Shown here: one piece after another, positions 1-12,495 of the stretch
Layout: every line of letters begins with the position of its first letter
How positions within the stretch are numbered: position 1 is the first letter of the stretch
Source: Eledone cirrhosa
Taxonomy: Eukaryota
Reading direction: 5' to 3'
Assembly (NCBI GenBank): GCA_964016885.1
Contig: OZ024741.1
Coordinates: 204,166,001 to 204,230,000 of the forward strand
DNA: 64,000 bases
Translations under genes and position numbers: made by a program
Notes under the pieces: model-generated
Databases searched by the model: none
What the model saw: only the letters and a program-made list of their open reading frames with translations
What the model was told of the DNA's origin: nothing

Positions 1-95
1 GACGAGGACTGTCATGCATTTCTTCTGAAAATTGCTAAACAATTTAGGAAGTTAATTATGATCCCATTCTTCGACAGCAAAGGCATTATCTACAT
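1..95 (+). mobile_element. Mariner transposase relic, 5' part (interrupted by hAT insertion)
   Basis: Reads ...KLIMIPFFDSKGIIY, the mariner (M)xxxFFDxxGIIY segment; continues after 2640. Confidence 0.75.
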
Positions 96-779
96 CACAG
101 GTTCTCAACCCATTTAGGCCAAACGCCCCCTTTTGTCCCTCGAAATCATGAAACGCCCCCTACCCTATTTTTCCATTTTTCAATATACTCCTGATTTTGA
201 TATCTGTAGATTACTAAAAAATTGATTAATAATATTCCATTGCAGGCAGCTGAGAGTATAAATACATTCCTTGAAAGGAAATATATAAATTTCAAAAAAA
301 GGAACATAAATGTTCTTTTTTATGAAAAGGACCAGTTGAATTTGTTATATTCCCACCAGGCGATACCAACTATTTTGAACAAGAGTAACTCTGTCTATCC
401 AAAGAGTGCTCTTATCTGGAAGAAAGTAGCAATTATATCATTTCAAAGCTTTCCAATTTTCCCTTTAATGAAACAGACAGAATAAATGTTGATATCTAAC
501 TTGATGTCCCCTCTGCTTTGTGAGCTTAGAGACCACGGAAGAGGGTTTTCATGACCACGCGGGAGGGTATATTTATTAGTAAATGGTAAAATATATACAA
601 CAAATGAGTAAGTGAATTGTAGTAGATGGTTTCCAGTACAGTCAGACTGCAACTACAAATAAAAAAAATTGTTAGTTTGCTTAGTAACAATAGCATATCC
701 AAGTTTTCAGATAAATCAACTTACTTTAACTTTGACCTCATTTCAATGGGACCCTTGAACTTCATGGAGTCTAGCTAAC

Positions 780-1805
780 TCTTTGACGTCAGGATGGATT
801 TTCGTAAGATGTAGCCAGAGATCTCCACATGTAATTACATTGTAGCGGTTGCGAGCCTTACTGTGCAGTCTGGAAACAGCACCAAACCTCCTCTTGACTA
901 AGTATGAGCTTGGAAAAGGCAGAGCAAATCTCTTAGCCTCTGCATGTAGGTGTGGAAATCGACGCTAAATTTCCTCTTGCATCCAAAAAAGGGGTTCACC
1001 TATTTTGGGAAATCTAATTTTGATCATGTCATCTGCTTGAAGTTCAATGAATTCTTCCTGAAATATAACGTCCAAATCATCGACATTAGCTATGAAGGGA
1101 TCTGCTACCCACATTGGGATGTCCATCGGCAAAAGGTCGACAAACCGTTCTCTCATGTTGTCTTGTAGCGCATGGAGGTGAGCAGTATACATTTGGAGTT
1201 GGTCATCGCTTACAGTGTTTTGAACATTGGCGACACTAGGAAAATTATAGAATTCCCGTCAACAAAGATTCCTTTCGATGACATTCAATTTGGCCAGGAA
1301 TGTTTTCACAGCATTCCTTGTTTAAGCAAGGTGATCTTCTTTCCCTGCAAAGCCAAAATGACGATAATGCATTTGTCAACGATGTCGGTGAGATAGGCGC
1401 TGTTTTGCCTCATATCGAGGGTTTTCTTGTACAGTTCTGTGTTGCGTCCTCGCAGAAACTCAATGATAGAGTCGAACAGTTCAAAGAAGTGAGTAAGGCA
1501 CTTGCCCTTTGAAAGCCACCTCAAATCATTATGAAGGAGCAACTTGACGAATTCTTCGTCATTATCTTGGCACAGTTGCCGGAAAATTCGTTCATTGAGG
1601 GAATGCCGTTTGATAAAATTGATGACATCAAGGGCCACCTGCAAGGACTTGCTCAGTGGCTTGCTGAGTTTTTTCACAGCCAAGTGTTGTCGATGAATGA
1701 CACAATGAACAATAAATACAGATAGATTTTCTCTCTTCAGAAGAGTGACGAAACCCTTATGTTGGCCGATCATTGCTCTTGCGTCATCCGTAGCACATGA
1801 TACAA
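780..1805 (-). pseudogene. hAT transposase pseudogene (ZBED5/Buster-like), frameshifted, N-terminus missing
   Basis: Motifs CATDDARAM, HCVIHRQHL, LLLHNDLRWLSKG (ORF 1306-1773) and a C-terminal FPSSYLV dimerisation-like segment near 850-930. Confidence 0.88.
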
Positions 1806-2160
1806 TGTGTGTTGTATTTGGTCCTAGATGTATGTATTACCTGCCTGTGTGTTGTAGGTAGTCCTAGATGTATGTATTACCTGCTATGTATTGCATGTGG
1901 TCCTAGATGTATGTATTACCTGATTATGTGTTGTATTTGGTACTAGATGTATGTATTACCTGCATGTGTGTTGTAGGTAGTCCTAGATGTATGTATTACC
2001 TGCTATGTATTGCATGTGGTCCTAGATGTATGTATTACCTGATTATGTGTTGTATGTGGTCCTAGATGTTTGTATTACCTGCTTATGTGTTGTAGGTGGT
2101 CCTAGATTTGTATATTATCTGATTATGTGTTGTATGTGGTCCTAGATGTGTGTGCTACCC
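1806..2160. repeat. 39-bp minisatellite inside the hAT element
   Basis: About 9 copies of GTCCTAGATGTATGTATTACCTG...TGTGTTGTA(T/G)GT. Confidence 0.9.
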
Positions 2161-2640
2161 GCTTCTGGGATTTTTTTTGATTTTTTATTTGTAATATTAT
2201 TTATAGAATAGGAAATAAAATAGATCTACATAGTGTTAACTCGTTACGGTTGAGTCAATAATTTCAGACATGAAATACATTGTTATCGGTGAAGGAAAGA
2301 CAAGATTCTAACTAGCTGCGCTTGAAGTGTCCTTGACCCAGTTGACTGTGGGTTTTTCCATTGTTAGGATCTCAATTACCGGACATGCCTGCACACCTGC
2401 TCACAGCTGCGGCCAGACTATAGTTATGCTGTCTGCATGCTCATTCAAATGCACTAACACTGGCTGTCTCAAAGACATACAAATATGGCTTATAAAACTT
2501 ACCAAAGTAAAGAGCCTTCCAGTGCACTCCAAAGCTCCAAAACGCCCCCCTAATGCCCCCTTGCTCCCAAACGACCCCTGGAGTTCCGAAACGCCCCCTG
2601 GGGGTGCATATGCCCCCCGTTGAGAACCTTTAATCTACAT

Positions 2641-3088
2641 CAACAAAGGGGTTTTGAGGCAGTTCAGAAAGAAATTTCTTTGCACAAGACCAGAACTCTT
2701 CAAATCTAGTCAGTGGCACCTGCACCAGAACAATTCCCCCTGCCACAAATCCATCCTGGTGACCAACTACTTGGCCAATATGGGAATCAAGACTGTCCCT
2801 CATCCTACCTACAGTACAGACTTAGCCCCTTGCAACTTCTGGATATTCCCGAAGCTGAAGGAGAAGTTCAGGGGTATCCGCTTTTGAGGATGTAGAGAAG
2901 ATGAAGGAGGCTGTGACAAGACACCTTCACTTTTGAAGACTATTACTTTCAGAAGTGGCTGGAGCGCTAAAACTAGTGCATTGAACTTGGAGGATCCTAC
3001 TTTGAGGGAGAATAGAGTTTTGTGTTGATCAGAGTTATATAAATATGTCTCTGATAAAAATCTCAAAACCTCTTGCGTGTACCTCGTG
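2641..3088 (+). mobile_element. Mariner transposase relic, 3' part and right end
   Basis: WHLHQNNSPCH (HQDNAP-like) and PHPTYSTDLAPCNFWIFPKLK (YSPDLAPxD motif); ends in ...GTACCTCGT before a TA tract. Confidence 0.88.
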
Positions 3089-3092
3089 TGTG

Positions 3093-3156
<64 letters not shown>

Positions 3157-3158
<2 letters not shown>

Positions 3159-3292
3159 GGAAAAAGTATGACCCCAACGGCTTGAGCTCTGCCGTCGGGG
3201 TCATACTTTTTCCTATTTCCCACTCTACTACCCTAAGTATTGAGTACTCTGGTGCGTTATGGTCCATCTGGTTCCTTACCACAATTCCTTTG
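3157..3292 (+). mobile_element. PLE terminal fragment with fold-back 5' end, between (TA)n tracts
   Basis: Hairpin 3157-3215; 3177-3292 is homologous to 36303-36421, which follows an HHR-like motif. Confidence 0.7.
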
Positions 3293-3326
<34 letters not shown>

Positions 3327-3565
3327 CCCACTCTCAAGCCTGAACCTAATACCAACACTGTTCGTACTGCACTCTTTGTTATTGTTTTTGTTTTTACTTA
3401 TATATATATATATATATTGTTATGCTTTGGGAGGGTCATGTTGCCAATAAGAAACACACGCACCAGTTGCTTTCACTTCAATTTATTATAGTAAATTTAT
3501 AAATTTATATTTATAAATTTCTGGTTGGTTGGTTGGTTCCACAACCAGATAGTTGTTTATATATT

Positions 3566-3608
3566 GTCATAGTTCTTTCGTCACACACTCTGTGACCTCT
3601 TCAGTGAC
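3566..3608 (-). ncRNA. Type I hammerhead ribozyme (PLE 3' terminus)
   Basis: Minus strand: GUCA-CUGAAGA-G-GUCACA gagug UGUGAC-GAAAG aa CUA-UGAC. Confidence 0.8.
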
Positions 3609-3808
3609 TGGGGATTCTTTTTCTTTGTTTTTGTGCCTCTCCTTTGTTCTGTCCTACGCCATTTTGTTTCTGTGTGTGTGTTGTGTGCTCAGTCTGCGCA
3701 TGCGCCACATCCGGGTGTCTGCGTGTTTATGTTCATTTATTTATTTGTTTATTTACATGTTACTGGTTGGTTGTTTGTTCTATGTGTGTGTGTGTTTTCA
3801 TTTTGTCC

Positions 3809-5176
3809 TTAATTGTAAGTTGTGATGTTGCTGTTCCACTCATATTTTCTATTTAATTTTGGTTTTAATTCTTTTATGTTTATTGCTTCTGTGATTTGTC
3901 TAAACATTGCGTCTTTTCTGTGTGTAGATTCTATTTTTATTTCTATGTTCTCTAATTTACCCTTGTGTTCTATTTTAGCATGTTGGTAGAGTACAGATGA
4001 TTCTTTACTATCTTGAAGGTCTCGCCAGTTTTCATTTATCCGTTCCGCTACACTACAAGCTGTCTCACCTATGAACACTATATTTTTGTCTCTACATTGT
4101 CCTTCAGTACATCTTATGCTATACACTACATTTCTAGTTTTACAGTTAATATGGGGGCTTATTTTACAGGTTATACATTTCTTATCTATACATGAGGGTC
4201 TTTGAAAAGGGTATGTCTTGCTAATAAGTGTTTTTACGGAGGTACCTGGTCTTTCTACTATTTTAATATTGAGTTTATGTTTATCTAGGGCCCTTCTAAA
4301 TTTGTAAGCTAATTCACCTCTAGGGGTTGTATCGATGAACATTACACTCTGGTATTTATTGCTATCATACCATGAGTTTATTCTGTTAGCCTTGTTCCTA
4401 GTTCTTTCTATTCTATTCCAAAATTTGCTCCTATACAAGGGGCAGGTCCCATTTATGTCATTATTTACCATTTTTTCCCATTTGGTTCTGGCTCCTCTAT
4501 ACACTCTGATTTTATCTCTCTGATTGTAGCCAGAGAACTGCATACGGTGGATGAAGTGTTGTATGTGTCTTTCTAGTTCTTCGGGGTTGCACATGCGGGA
4601 CACGTTTCTCATCACCCGTACCAAATCCGCAATCAGTATGTTGATTTTGGTATGGTCCGAAACGGCCGAGTTTCGGTGGATCAGATGTTTGGAAGTCATG
4701 GGTTTGGCATAATGGGAATGGAGGATTTGTTTTTTGTTATTAATGGTATCTAACCAGAGCTCTGTGTCTAGTACAGGTAATCGATGGTTGGGGTGTTTAC
4801 TTGGGTAGTCTATAGTAACTCTAATACTCTGGTGGATGGAGTTAGCTATTTGCTGGATACTTTCCATTGTGTTTTTCTCTAGTTCCTGACTGTTCTCTAG
4901 TTCCTGACTGTTCTCTAGTGGGGGTGTCTTAACTACGATGTTTATATCATCAACGTAACGGGAGTACATTATCAGGGTTAAGGGGTCTTCTAATTGTTCT
5001 TTAAGTTTAAGTTTAAGTCTACTGTCCCACCATACCATGAATAAGTTAGCTATGTCGCCTGCAATGCTAACACCAATGGCTGCTCCTTCCTCTTGGGCAT
5101 ATGTTTTTCCATTAAATTTGAACATATGTTCCTTAAGGGTTAGTTTTATGCTGGCCCCTACCGCATGTGCAATCAT
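3809..5176 (-). CDS. Penelope-type reverse transcriptase (C-terminal part) + GIY-YIG endonuclease, 455 aa, 5'-truncated
   Basis: FKFNGKTYAQEEGAAIG, YSRYVDD, LPVLD, thumb HYAKP, CxxxxCxxC linker, NVVYSIRC...FIGET...R, EAINI...PKLN. Confidence 0.92.
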   Translation of the reverse strand: MIAHAVGASIKLTLKEHMFKFNGKTYAQEEGAAIGVSIAGDIANLFMVWWDSRLKLKLKEQLEDPLTLIMYSRYVDDINIVVKTPPLENSQELENSQELEKNTMESIQQIANSIHQSIRVTIDYPSKHPNHRLPVLDTELWLDTINNKKQILHSHYAKPMTSKHLIHRNSAVSDHTKINILIADLVRVMRNVSRMCNPEELERHIQHFIHRMQFSGYNQRDKIRVYRGARTKWEKMVNNDINGTCPLYRSKFWNRIERTRNKANRINSWYDSNKYQSVMFIDTTPRGELAYKFRRALDKHKLNIKIVERPGTSVKTLISKTYPFQRPSCIDKKCITCKISPHINCKTRNVVYSIRCTEGQCRDKNIVFIGETACSVAERINENWRDLQDSKESSVLYQHAKIEHKGKLENIEIKIESTHRKDAMFRQITEAINIKELKPKLNRKYEWNSNITTYN

Positions 5177-5263
5177 TTTCTTCAGTCATCGTGGTTTTCG
5201 GGTGTCCGTATGGCTCTGGTCCACCCGTTCCATCTATCTGTGTGGGAAACAAATTCAGAAACG

Positions 5264-5348
<85 letters not shown>

Positions 5349-5357
5349 CATATATAT

Positions 5358-5851
<494 letters not shown>

Positions 5852-5958
5852 AAAAAAGAGACTCCAGTTGCATTTTAGATTTCATCTTTTTTCTTTATAC
5901 TCTCACTCGTGTAGAACACCTCGTTTTTTTTCATTTTGTAAAACAACCTCACTTTCTA

Positions 5959-6010
<52 letters not shown>

Positions 6011-6022
6011 ATACACACACAC

Positions 6023-6114
<92 letters not shown>

Positions 6115-6204
6115 TTTGAATGGTATCCCGTTTAAAGAACCTCAATTAAAGTAAGGTACACAATATATTAAGTTAAGATAGTACATTAATTTATTGAAAA
6201 GTAC

Positions 6205-6253
6205 CTCTTACAGGACTAGTTTTGTTTCTTTCCGTTAAGAAGTCATCGGAGAG
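6205..6253 (-). ncRNA. Degenerate hammerhead motif (core CCGAUGA)
   Basis: CUCU-CCGAUGA-cUUC uuaacg GAAa-GAAACA aaacuagucc UGUA-AGAG; same family as 31421-31471. Confidence 0.55.
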
Positions 6254-7829
6254 TGGCTAACTCAACCAGTTCTTTACTTATAAAAGATGTTGGCCAAGTT
6301 GAGTGAAGGTGTGGTAAGATTATTAATTCTCCAGCTTTTCTACCCATGCCGAGTTTTACGTAGTTTGTAATATAATTCCAGGATGAACTTTGTTGAAATC
6401 CTTCGTAAAGATAAGTTACACCACAGCCACAGCTGTTTCAGTACCTATTTATAAACCCTTAGAAATAAGGGGGACAACATTTACCTGAGTGGCAACCGTG
6501 CGGTGTGTCAGTTAACAGGTCATTGGTTAAACAATTTTAATATAAGTTATTGTTGAAAGTAGAATAAATACATATGTCGACTGTTACTAAATTCACAACT
6601 ATTTATATTTTATCGCCATATATTTTGATAACGGGTTTTCATTCTTCACTTTATCAACATATTTGTGATATTTAACTGAAGATATTCTTTATTTAGTTCT
6701 AGACGCTGTTTTTGTCGAAACACTTTCGTCTACTGTCTAAGCACGTTATGAACCATCACATAAAAGCCGTTTCCTTTTAGAAATCAATCTTTATTGGAAA
6801 CTGATAGAAGCATTGAAAATAGAAATGGAAATAAGTATTTAGTTATTATAATAGCGAAGGCTATAGAGTGGCAGTTTCTACGATCAATTGACATTGCTAT
6901 GTTTCTTGTATGTTTACATAAGACGATCATTATTCAATGAGAGCAGAGTATTATTATGCTATGGACCAGACACAACGATTCACATCGAATCATTTTGGCA
7001 AATTTAAACACAGTAATATCAGTCATCTATGATATTGATTGGGACAAGATTTATTAGATGTAGACTATACTAGACTATACTTAAGACAGCGAATTACTAG
7101 AACTTCGGAAAGACGTCTGCACTCTGAATTTAAATCCCTTTCAGGTTAATTTTGCCTTTCGTCCTTTCGAAGTACCAGTCCAGTACTGGGGTTGATTCTT
7201 TTTCATATCTCTTTCTCAATTCCTCTTCCTTCCTCCTTCTCTAACAAGAAGCTGACTGTGTTAAGACCTGGAGAGAGATGGGCTCCATCAGATTTAAATA
7301 GCCAAGACACACCGTTTGTCATAACGGTGTCACAATGACTCAATCGGGAGTTAGGGACGCAAAATATGATTATACTTAATTAGATGCACAATTCACAAAG
7401 TAGAATGATATATAATTGGAGCAACATAATGATCACTTGAGATTATTATAAACTCATTTCAAGTATGAAGTTTTACCACCAGGGGTGGACATAATTTGAA
7501 ATATTATCTGTAGAATTACATTGACAACTAAATTCAGAGTAATCTTTATGTTTCCTAATACAAGAAAAATATTTGATGGCTATAGGTTTTACAATCTGAC
7601 ATACAACTGAAATAGGATTAATGACTGAAGCTGCTTAACAATAGTTTTGTTGAGAGAATTATTGAGAGAAAACAATATCATTAGCTTGTCTCAGGGCAAT
7701 ATTACCAATGCCAGTCAATGTGTTTGATTATGACATTTACAATATAATTGGTTGAACATAATGCTGTAGGTCTGTAAGTACTCATTGTGACGTTTGTTTA
7801 TGTGTGTAATTACATACTGCACGAAAATA

Positions 7830-9570
7830 TTAGACATAGTGAACACTGAGGCATAGTGAACACTGAGACATGGTGAACACATAGACATGGTGAACACATC
7901 AGTAAACATATAGACACAGTGAATATACAAACAGTGAACATATAGACAGGGAACATATAGACAGTGAATATATAAACAGTGAATATATAGACAGTGAACA
8001 TATAGACACGGTTAACTCGTAGACATAGTGAATATATAGACACAGTGAACATACAGACACAGTGAAACATAGATATAGTGAACATATGAACACGGTAAAC
8101 ATATAGACACAGTAAACACATAGATATAGTGAACATATATACACAGTGAACACATAGGCATAGGGAACATATAGACACAGGGAACACATAGGCATAGGGA
8201 ACATATAGACACAGTGAACACATAGGCATAGGGAACATATAGACACAATGAACACATAGGCATAGGGAACATATATACACAGTGAACACATAGGCATAGG
8301 GAACATATAGACACAGTAAACACATAGATATAGTGAACATATATACACAGTGAACACATAGGCATAGGGAACATATAGACACAGTGAACACATAGGCATA
8401 GGGAACATATAGACACAGTGAACACATAGGCATAGGGAACATATAGACACAATGAACACATAGGCATAGGGAACATATATACACAGTGAACACATAGGCA
8501 TAGGGAACATATAGACACAGTAAACACATAGATATAGTGAACATATATACACAGTGAACACATAGGCATAGGGAACATATAGACACAGTGAACACATAGG
8601 CATAGGGAACATATAGACACAGGGAACACATAGGCATAGGGAACATATAGACACAATGAACACATAGGCATAGGGAACATATAGACACAGTGAACACATA
8701 GGCATAGGGAACATATAGACACAGTGAACACATAGATATAGTGAACATATAGACACAGTGAACACATAGGCATAGGGAACATATAGACACAGTGAACACA
8801 TAGGCATAGATACAGTAAGCGTATAGGAACATAGATACAGTAAGCGTATAGACACAATGAACACATAGACATGATGAACATAAGGACAATGAACATATGG
8901 ACACGGTGAACGTATAGACACAGTGTACGCAGAGCCATAGTGAACATATATACACATTGAACAAAAAGACAGTGAACATATAGACACAGGGAACACACAG
9001 ACACAGCGAACGTATTGACATAGTGAGCGCAGAGACACAGTTAACATATAAGCAGAGTACAGTGAATACATTGACACAGAGAACATATGAAAATAGGGAA
9101 CATAGAGACAAAGGGAACATAGAGACAGTGAACAGATAGCCATGGGGAACATACTGACACAGTGAACATCGACAATGGGGACATATAGACCAAATAACCA
9201 TATAAAGACAGTACACACAGACACGGTGAATATAAAGACACAGTGAACAGATAGAAAGAGCGAATACTGAAAACTGAACATATACAGTGAATATACAAAC
9301 ACAATGAACATTTAAAGACAATGAAAATATAGGCAGAGTAAACACAGACACAGTGAACATATAGATACAATGAACGCAAATACACAATGAACGCAAAGAC
9401 ATAGTGAAAGCATAGACACGTGAAAACAGAAACAGTGAACACATAGACACGGTAAACATATAGATATAGTGAACATAGAGACGCGGTAAACATAAAAACA
9501 CTGTGAACACTTAGACACAGTAAACATATACGCACAATGCACACATAGACACAGGGAACATATAAACCTA
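7830..9570. repeat. 17-bp minisatellite with 34-bp and 204-bp higher-order periods
   Basis: Alternating GAACATATAGACACAGT / GAACACATAGGCATAGG; variant AGTAAACACATAGATAT recurs at 8111, 8315, 8519. Confidence 0.93.
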
Positions 9571-9657
9571 AAGTATACAGACCATTCCGTTGCCGAAACC
9601 GCATATTTTATGAAACCGTATACTTATGATGAATATCTCCTCTTGTTCCAAAGAATA

Positions 9658-9784
9658 CTCCCCTGATGATAGAATATGTTCTTCCAATATTGGTTGTTCC
9701 AATTGGTTGTTCCAATTGGTTGTTCCATTGGTTGTTTGAAATGAATAATATTGTTTCTTTTATTTTTGAAACCATGGTAGGGAG
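9658..9784 (+). ncRNA. Hammerhead motif with ~98-nt expanded stem II
   Basis: CUCCC-CUGAUGA-[9670-9767]-GAAAC caug GUA-GGGAG; perfect 5-bp stem I, palindromic stem III. Confidence 0.65.
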
Positions 9785-9882
9785 AGGATTATATGAGTTA
9801 GACTAACTTATTTTAGTGGGTTTGACTTATAGTCCCCTAAAGTGAAATTTTGGTATAAATCTTAATTACTTTTCTGAATGAT

Positions 9883-9988
<106 letters not shown>

Positions 9989-10070
9989 TATATAATCGTA
10001 TTTATTCGATAATACGTATTTCGGTGGCACCAGTGTGGAGCTGTTATGTGATCGTTACAACAGCAAGCGG

Positions 10071-10277
10071 CACCTGGGAGACATGAATCAGATGTTAACA
10101 CAATTATATGAAGGAGTTGATATGTCGCAAGAGAACGCTTCCATATTTGCGAAAGTTCAATAAACATATGTTCACCTGATATGTTCTCCGGACTTTCACA
10201 AACATGGAAGCGTTTGTCTGCGACATATAAACTCCTTCATATAATTATGTTAACAGCTGATTCATGTCACACCGGTG
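10071..10277. repeat. Imperfect fold-back (~100-bp arms, 9-nt loop)
   Basis: GACATGAATCAG/CTGATTCATGTC, AATTATATGAAGGAGTT/AACTCCTTCATATAATT, AACGCTTCCAT/ATGGAAGCGTT, AACATAT/ATATGTT. Confidence 0.85.
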
Positions 10278-10830
10278 ACGTTTATTTCATACATACATAC
10301 ATTATAGGTTCGGAAGAGATTGATTTGGTAAAAACAGGAGCAGGCAGGAGAAAACTCTCAATATTCGTAGTTTGTAGTTACGATGTAGATGCAGTATAAT
10401 AATCTAAACTATAATAAAGTAAGGAGTGCGGGACTGCGTACGGTTTATAATTGTTTATCCTATTAGTAAAATAAGTTGGATTACTTTGAATAAATAATAA
10501 ATGAATATTACATAATTTATCTACTAAATTTCGTAGCTGTTGATGATTAAATATATTTTATTGTTTATTTAAAGATTCACTTCTTTAAAACTTTCAAATG
10601 TCAACACTTCCGGTTAACGATCGCTTAAATAAATATTCATATATATTTCCGTCACTAATTTTCTCCTGATGCAGTTTATATATAATATCGTCTTTTTTAA
10701 TGTATCATGGATTACATTACTGATTACATCTTCGTTCAATTTCTGTGGATATTGTCAATTGCGATTTTATTTGATGTATCATATCTACATCATATATACT
10801 TACGTATAATATCAATATGCACACTACAAA

Positions 10831-10872
10831 TGCTAGCAGAAAACCACCCGAAGGGTGGTTTTTCTGCTAGTA
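10831..10872. repeat. Short GC-cored hairpin bounded by CTAG at both ends
   Basis: CTAGCAGAAAACCACCC-GAA-GGGTGGTTTTTCTGCTAG. Confidence 0.85.
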
Positions 10873-11170
10873 ACATTAATAAAGATGCTGATGTCACATA
10901 AATCGTCTATTCATTATAATTATTTCAACGGTTCTCCCATGCAATCAAGATGTAATTCATGCATTTGTTGTTGTTATGAGAACGGTATCCTCAGATGAAA
11001 TTCGATTTTGTGATATTCTGCCGGCAGGAAAAACACATCCTTCTGCTCGTGCACACGGCAGACATAACAACAACAAATGCTTGAATTACATCTTGATTGC
11101 ATGGTAGAACCGTTGAAATAATTATAATGAATAAACGATTTATATAACATCAGCATCTTTCTTAATGTTA
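10871..11170. repeat. Inverted repeat, ~108-bp arms and ~84-bp spacer (MITE-like)
   Basis: 10871-10978 is the reverse complement of 11063-11170 with a few mismatches. Confidence 0.85.
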
Positions 11171-11183
11171 TTATTATACATAA

Positions 11184-11378
11184 AGGGCGGTGGATTGGCA
11201 GTATCGTTAGAGGCTCGGACGGTATGCTTTGCAACATGGAGTTTCGGGCCTTTACGATCTGAGTTCAAATCCCACCGAGGTTATCTTTGCCTTTCATTTT
11301 TACAGGGTCGATAAAATAAAGTACCAGTAATGCACTGGGAAAATTGATGACCTTGTGCTAAAAGTAGAAACAATTATT
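11184..11378 (+). mobile_element. tRNA-derived SINE, family A
   Basis: A-box-like TGGCAGTATCGTTAG, B-box GAGTTCAAATCCC, body TTTGCCTTTCAT...GTCGATAAAATAAAGTACCAGT; many homologues in the window. Confidence 0.8.
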
Positions 11379-11384
11379 ATACAT

Positions 11385-11437
<53 letters not shown>

Positions 11438-11439
11438 TA

Positions 11440-12445
11440 CACCGTTGTCGGCCTCCACGCTCTCTGACATTTTGGGAACTTTCGCTTTACACCTACCCTA
11501 GCTCTTCCACACTTTTCCACCTTACTAAGCTCATCCTCACTCTCAATGGTTTTTCCTTTTCCGGAGAGTTTTATTTACAGGTCTCTGGGGTAGCCAAGGG
11601 TACCAAAGTGGGCCCTAACTACTCCAACTTGTTCGTTGGTTACGTTGAGGCCCTGATGTTCTCCCGGTACACTGGACCCACCACTGTACTATACCGTCGT
11701 TACATCGACGATTGTTTCGGCTCTCCCTCTCTTTTCTGTGAACAACTCGGTTCCTTTCTTTCTTTCGTCCAGTCTTTTTATCACCATCATCACCTCCGTC
11801 TCCAACTCTTCTGTCCAAGTTCTCCACATTTCTCTGTCTATCGACCACACTCACCACACACTCTCTACCTCCATATTCTATAATACTACTGATTCCAGCT
11901 CCTACCTCTATTTCACCTCCTCCCGCCCTACCCACACCATACCTACATCCAATTCCTCAGTCTTCGTCAGCTCTGTAGCCAGAACCGCAAATTCAAGACC
12001 CAGTTCCAACATGTGGCCTCCCATTTCACTCAGCATTGATATCCCGTCTATCCTGATGCAAGCAGCCCCCACCCGCGCCAATTAAAACCGCTGTAACACC
12101 TGTTCTTTCATTTCTAACCTCACGACTCTCTCAGACAGTAACGTTTCTTTCCATATCCGCCACACATTTACCTGCACACCCACCAGCGTAGTCTATGCCC
12201 TCCGGTGTTCCCTTTGCGGGTCCAAATACATCGGACAAACAGGCGACCTGAATAGACCTGTTTTTTCTCAAAGATTCTTCTTTCGTTTCTGCCACTGCTG
12301 ACTCTCCTATATCTTCTTGATTTTCTCGTTCTATTTTCTGGTGAAGGGCTACCGTCTGAAACGCTAAGACTCTTTTCCTACTATATCAAGTGTAAAACTA
12401 ATATATTTCTTCATTGTACTGTGTCGTTTGCTTTGTTAATTCTAT
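11440..12445 (+). mobile_element. Degenerate Penelope-like element (RT and GIY-YIG remnants, decayed HHR)
   Basis: LTLNGFSFSGEFYLQVSGVAKGTKVGPNYSNLF, YRRYIDDCFG, FTCTPTSVVYALRCSLCGSKYIGQTG; CTGGTGA...GAAACGCT at 12338-12365. Confidence 0.88.
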
Positions 12446-12464
12446 TTGGCTTTTGCATACATAC

Positions 12465-12495
<31 letters not shown>

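Larger units (their letters stand above)
96..2632 (-). mobile_element. Defective hAT (Buster/Charlie-like) DNA transposon with TIRs and 8-bp TSD
   Basis: TIRs CACAGGTTCTCAAC (96-109) / GTTGAGAACCTTTA (2619-2632); TSD ATCTACAT at 88-95 and 2633-2640; subterminal AAACGCCCCC repeats at both ends. Confidence 0.92.
3417..5266 (-). mobile_element. 5'-truncated Penelope-like element in a (TA)n tract
   Basis: RT-GIY-YIG ORF, 3' terminal region with HHR, (TA)n on both flanks; termini shared with 28112-28162 and 56330-56671. Confidence 0.92.

Noticed and set aside
6676-6734. CTGAAGA...GAAAC...GTC hammerhead-like match
   Set aside because: No stem I pairing and no continuous stem II; likely chance.
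7810-9510. 566/470/330-aa Cys-rich ORFs
   Set aside because: Translations of a 17/34-bp minisatellite; the same peptide appears in all frames.
11184-11280. tRNA gene
   Set aside because: A/B boxes belong to a SINE head; no cloverleaf, and a shared SINE body follows.
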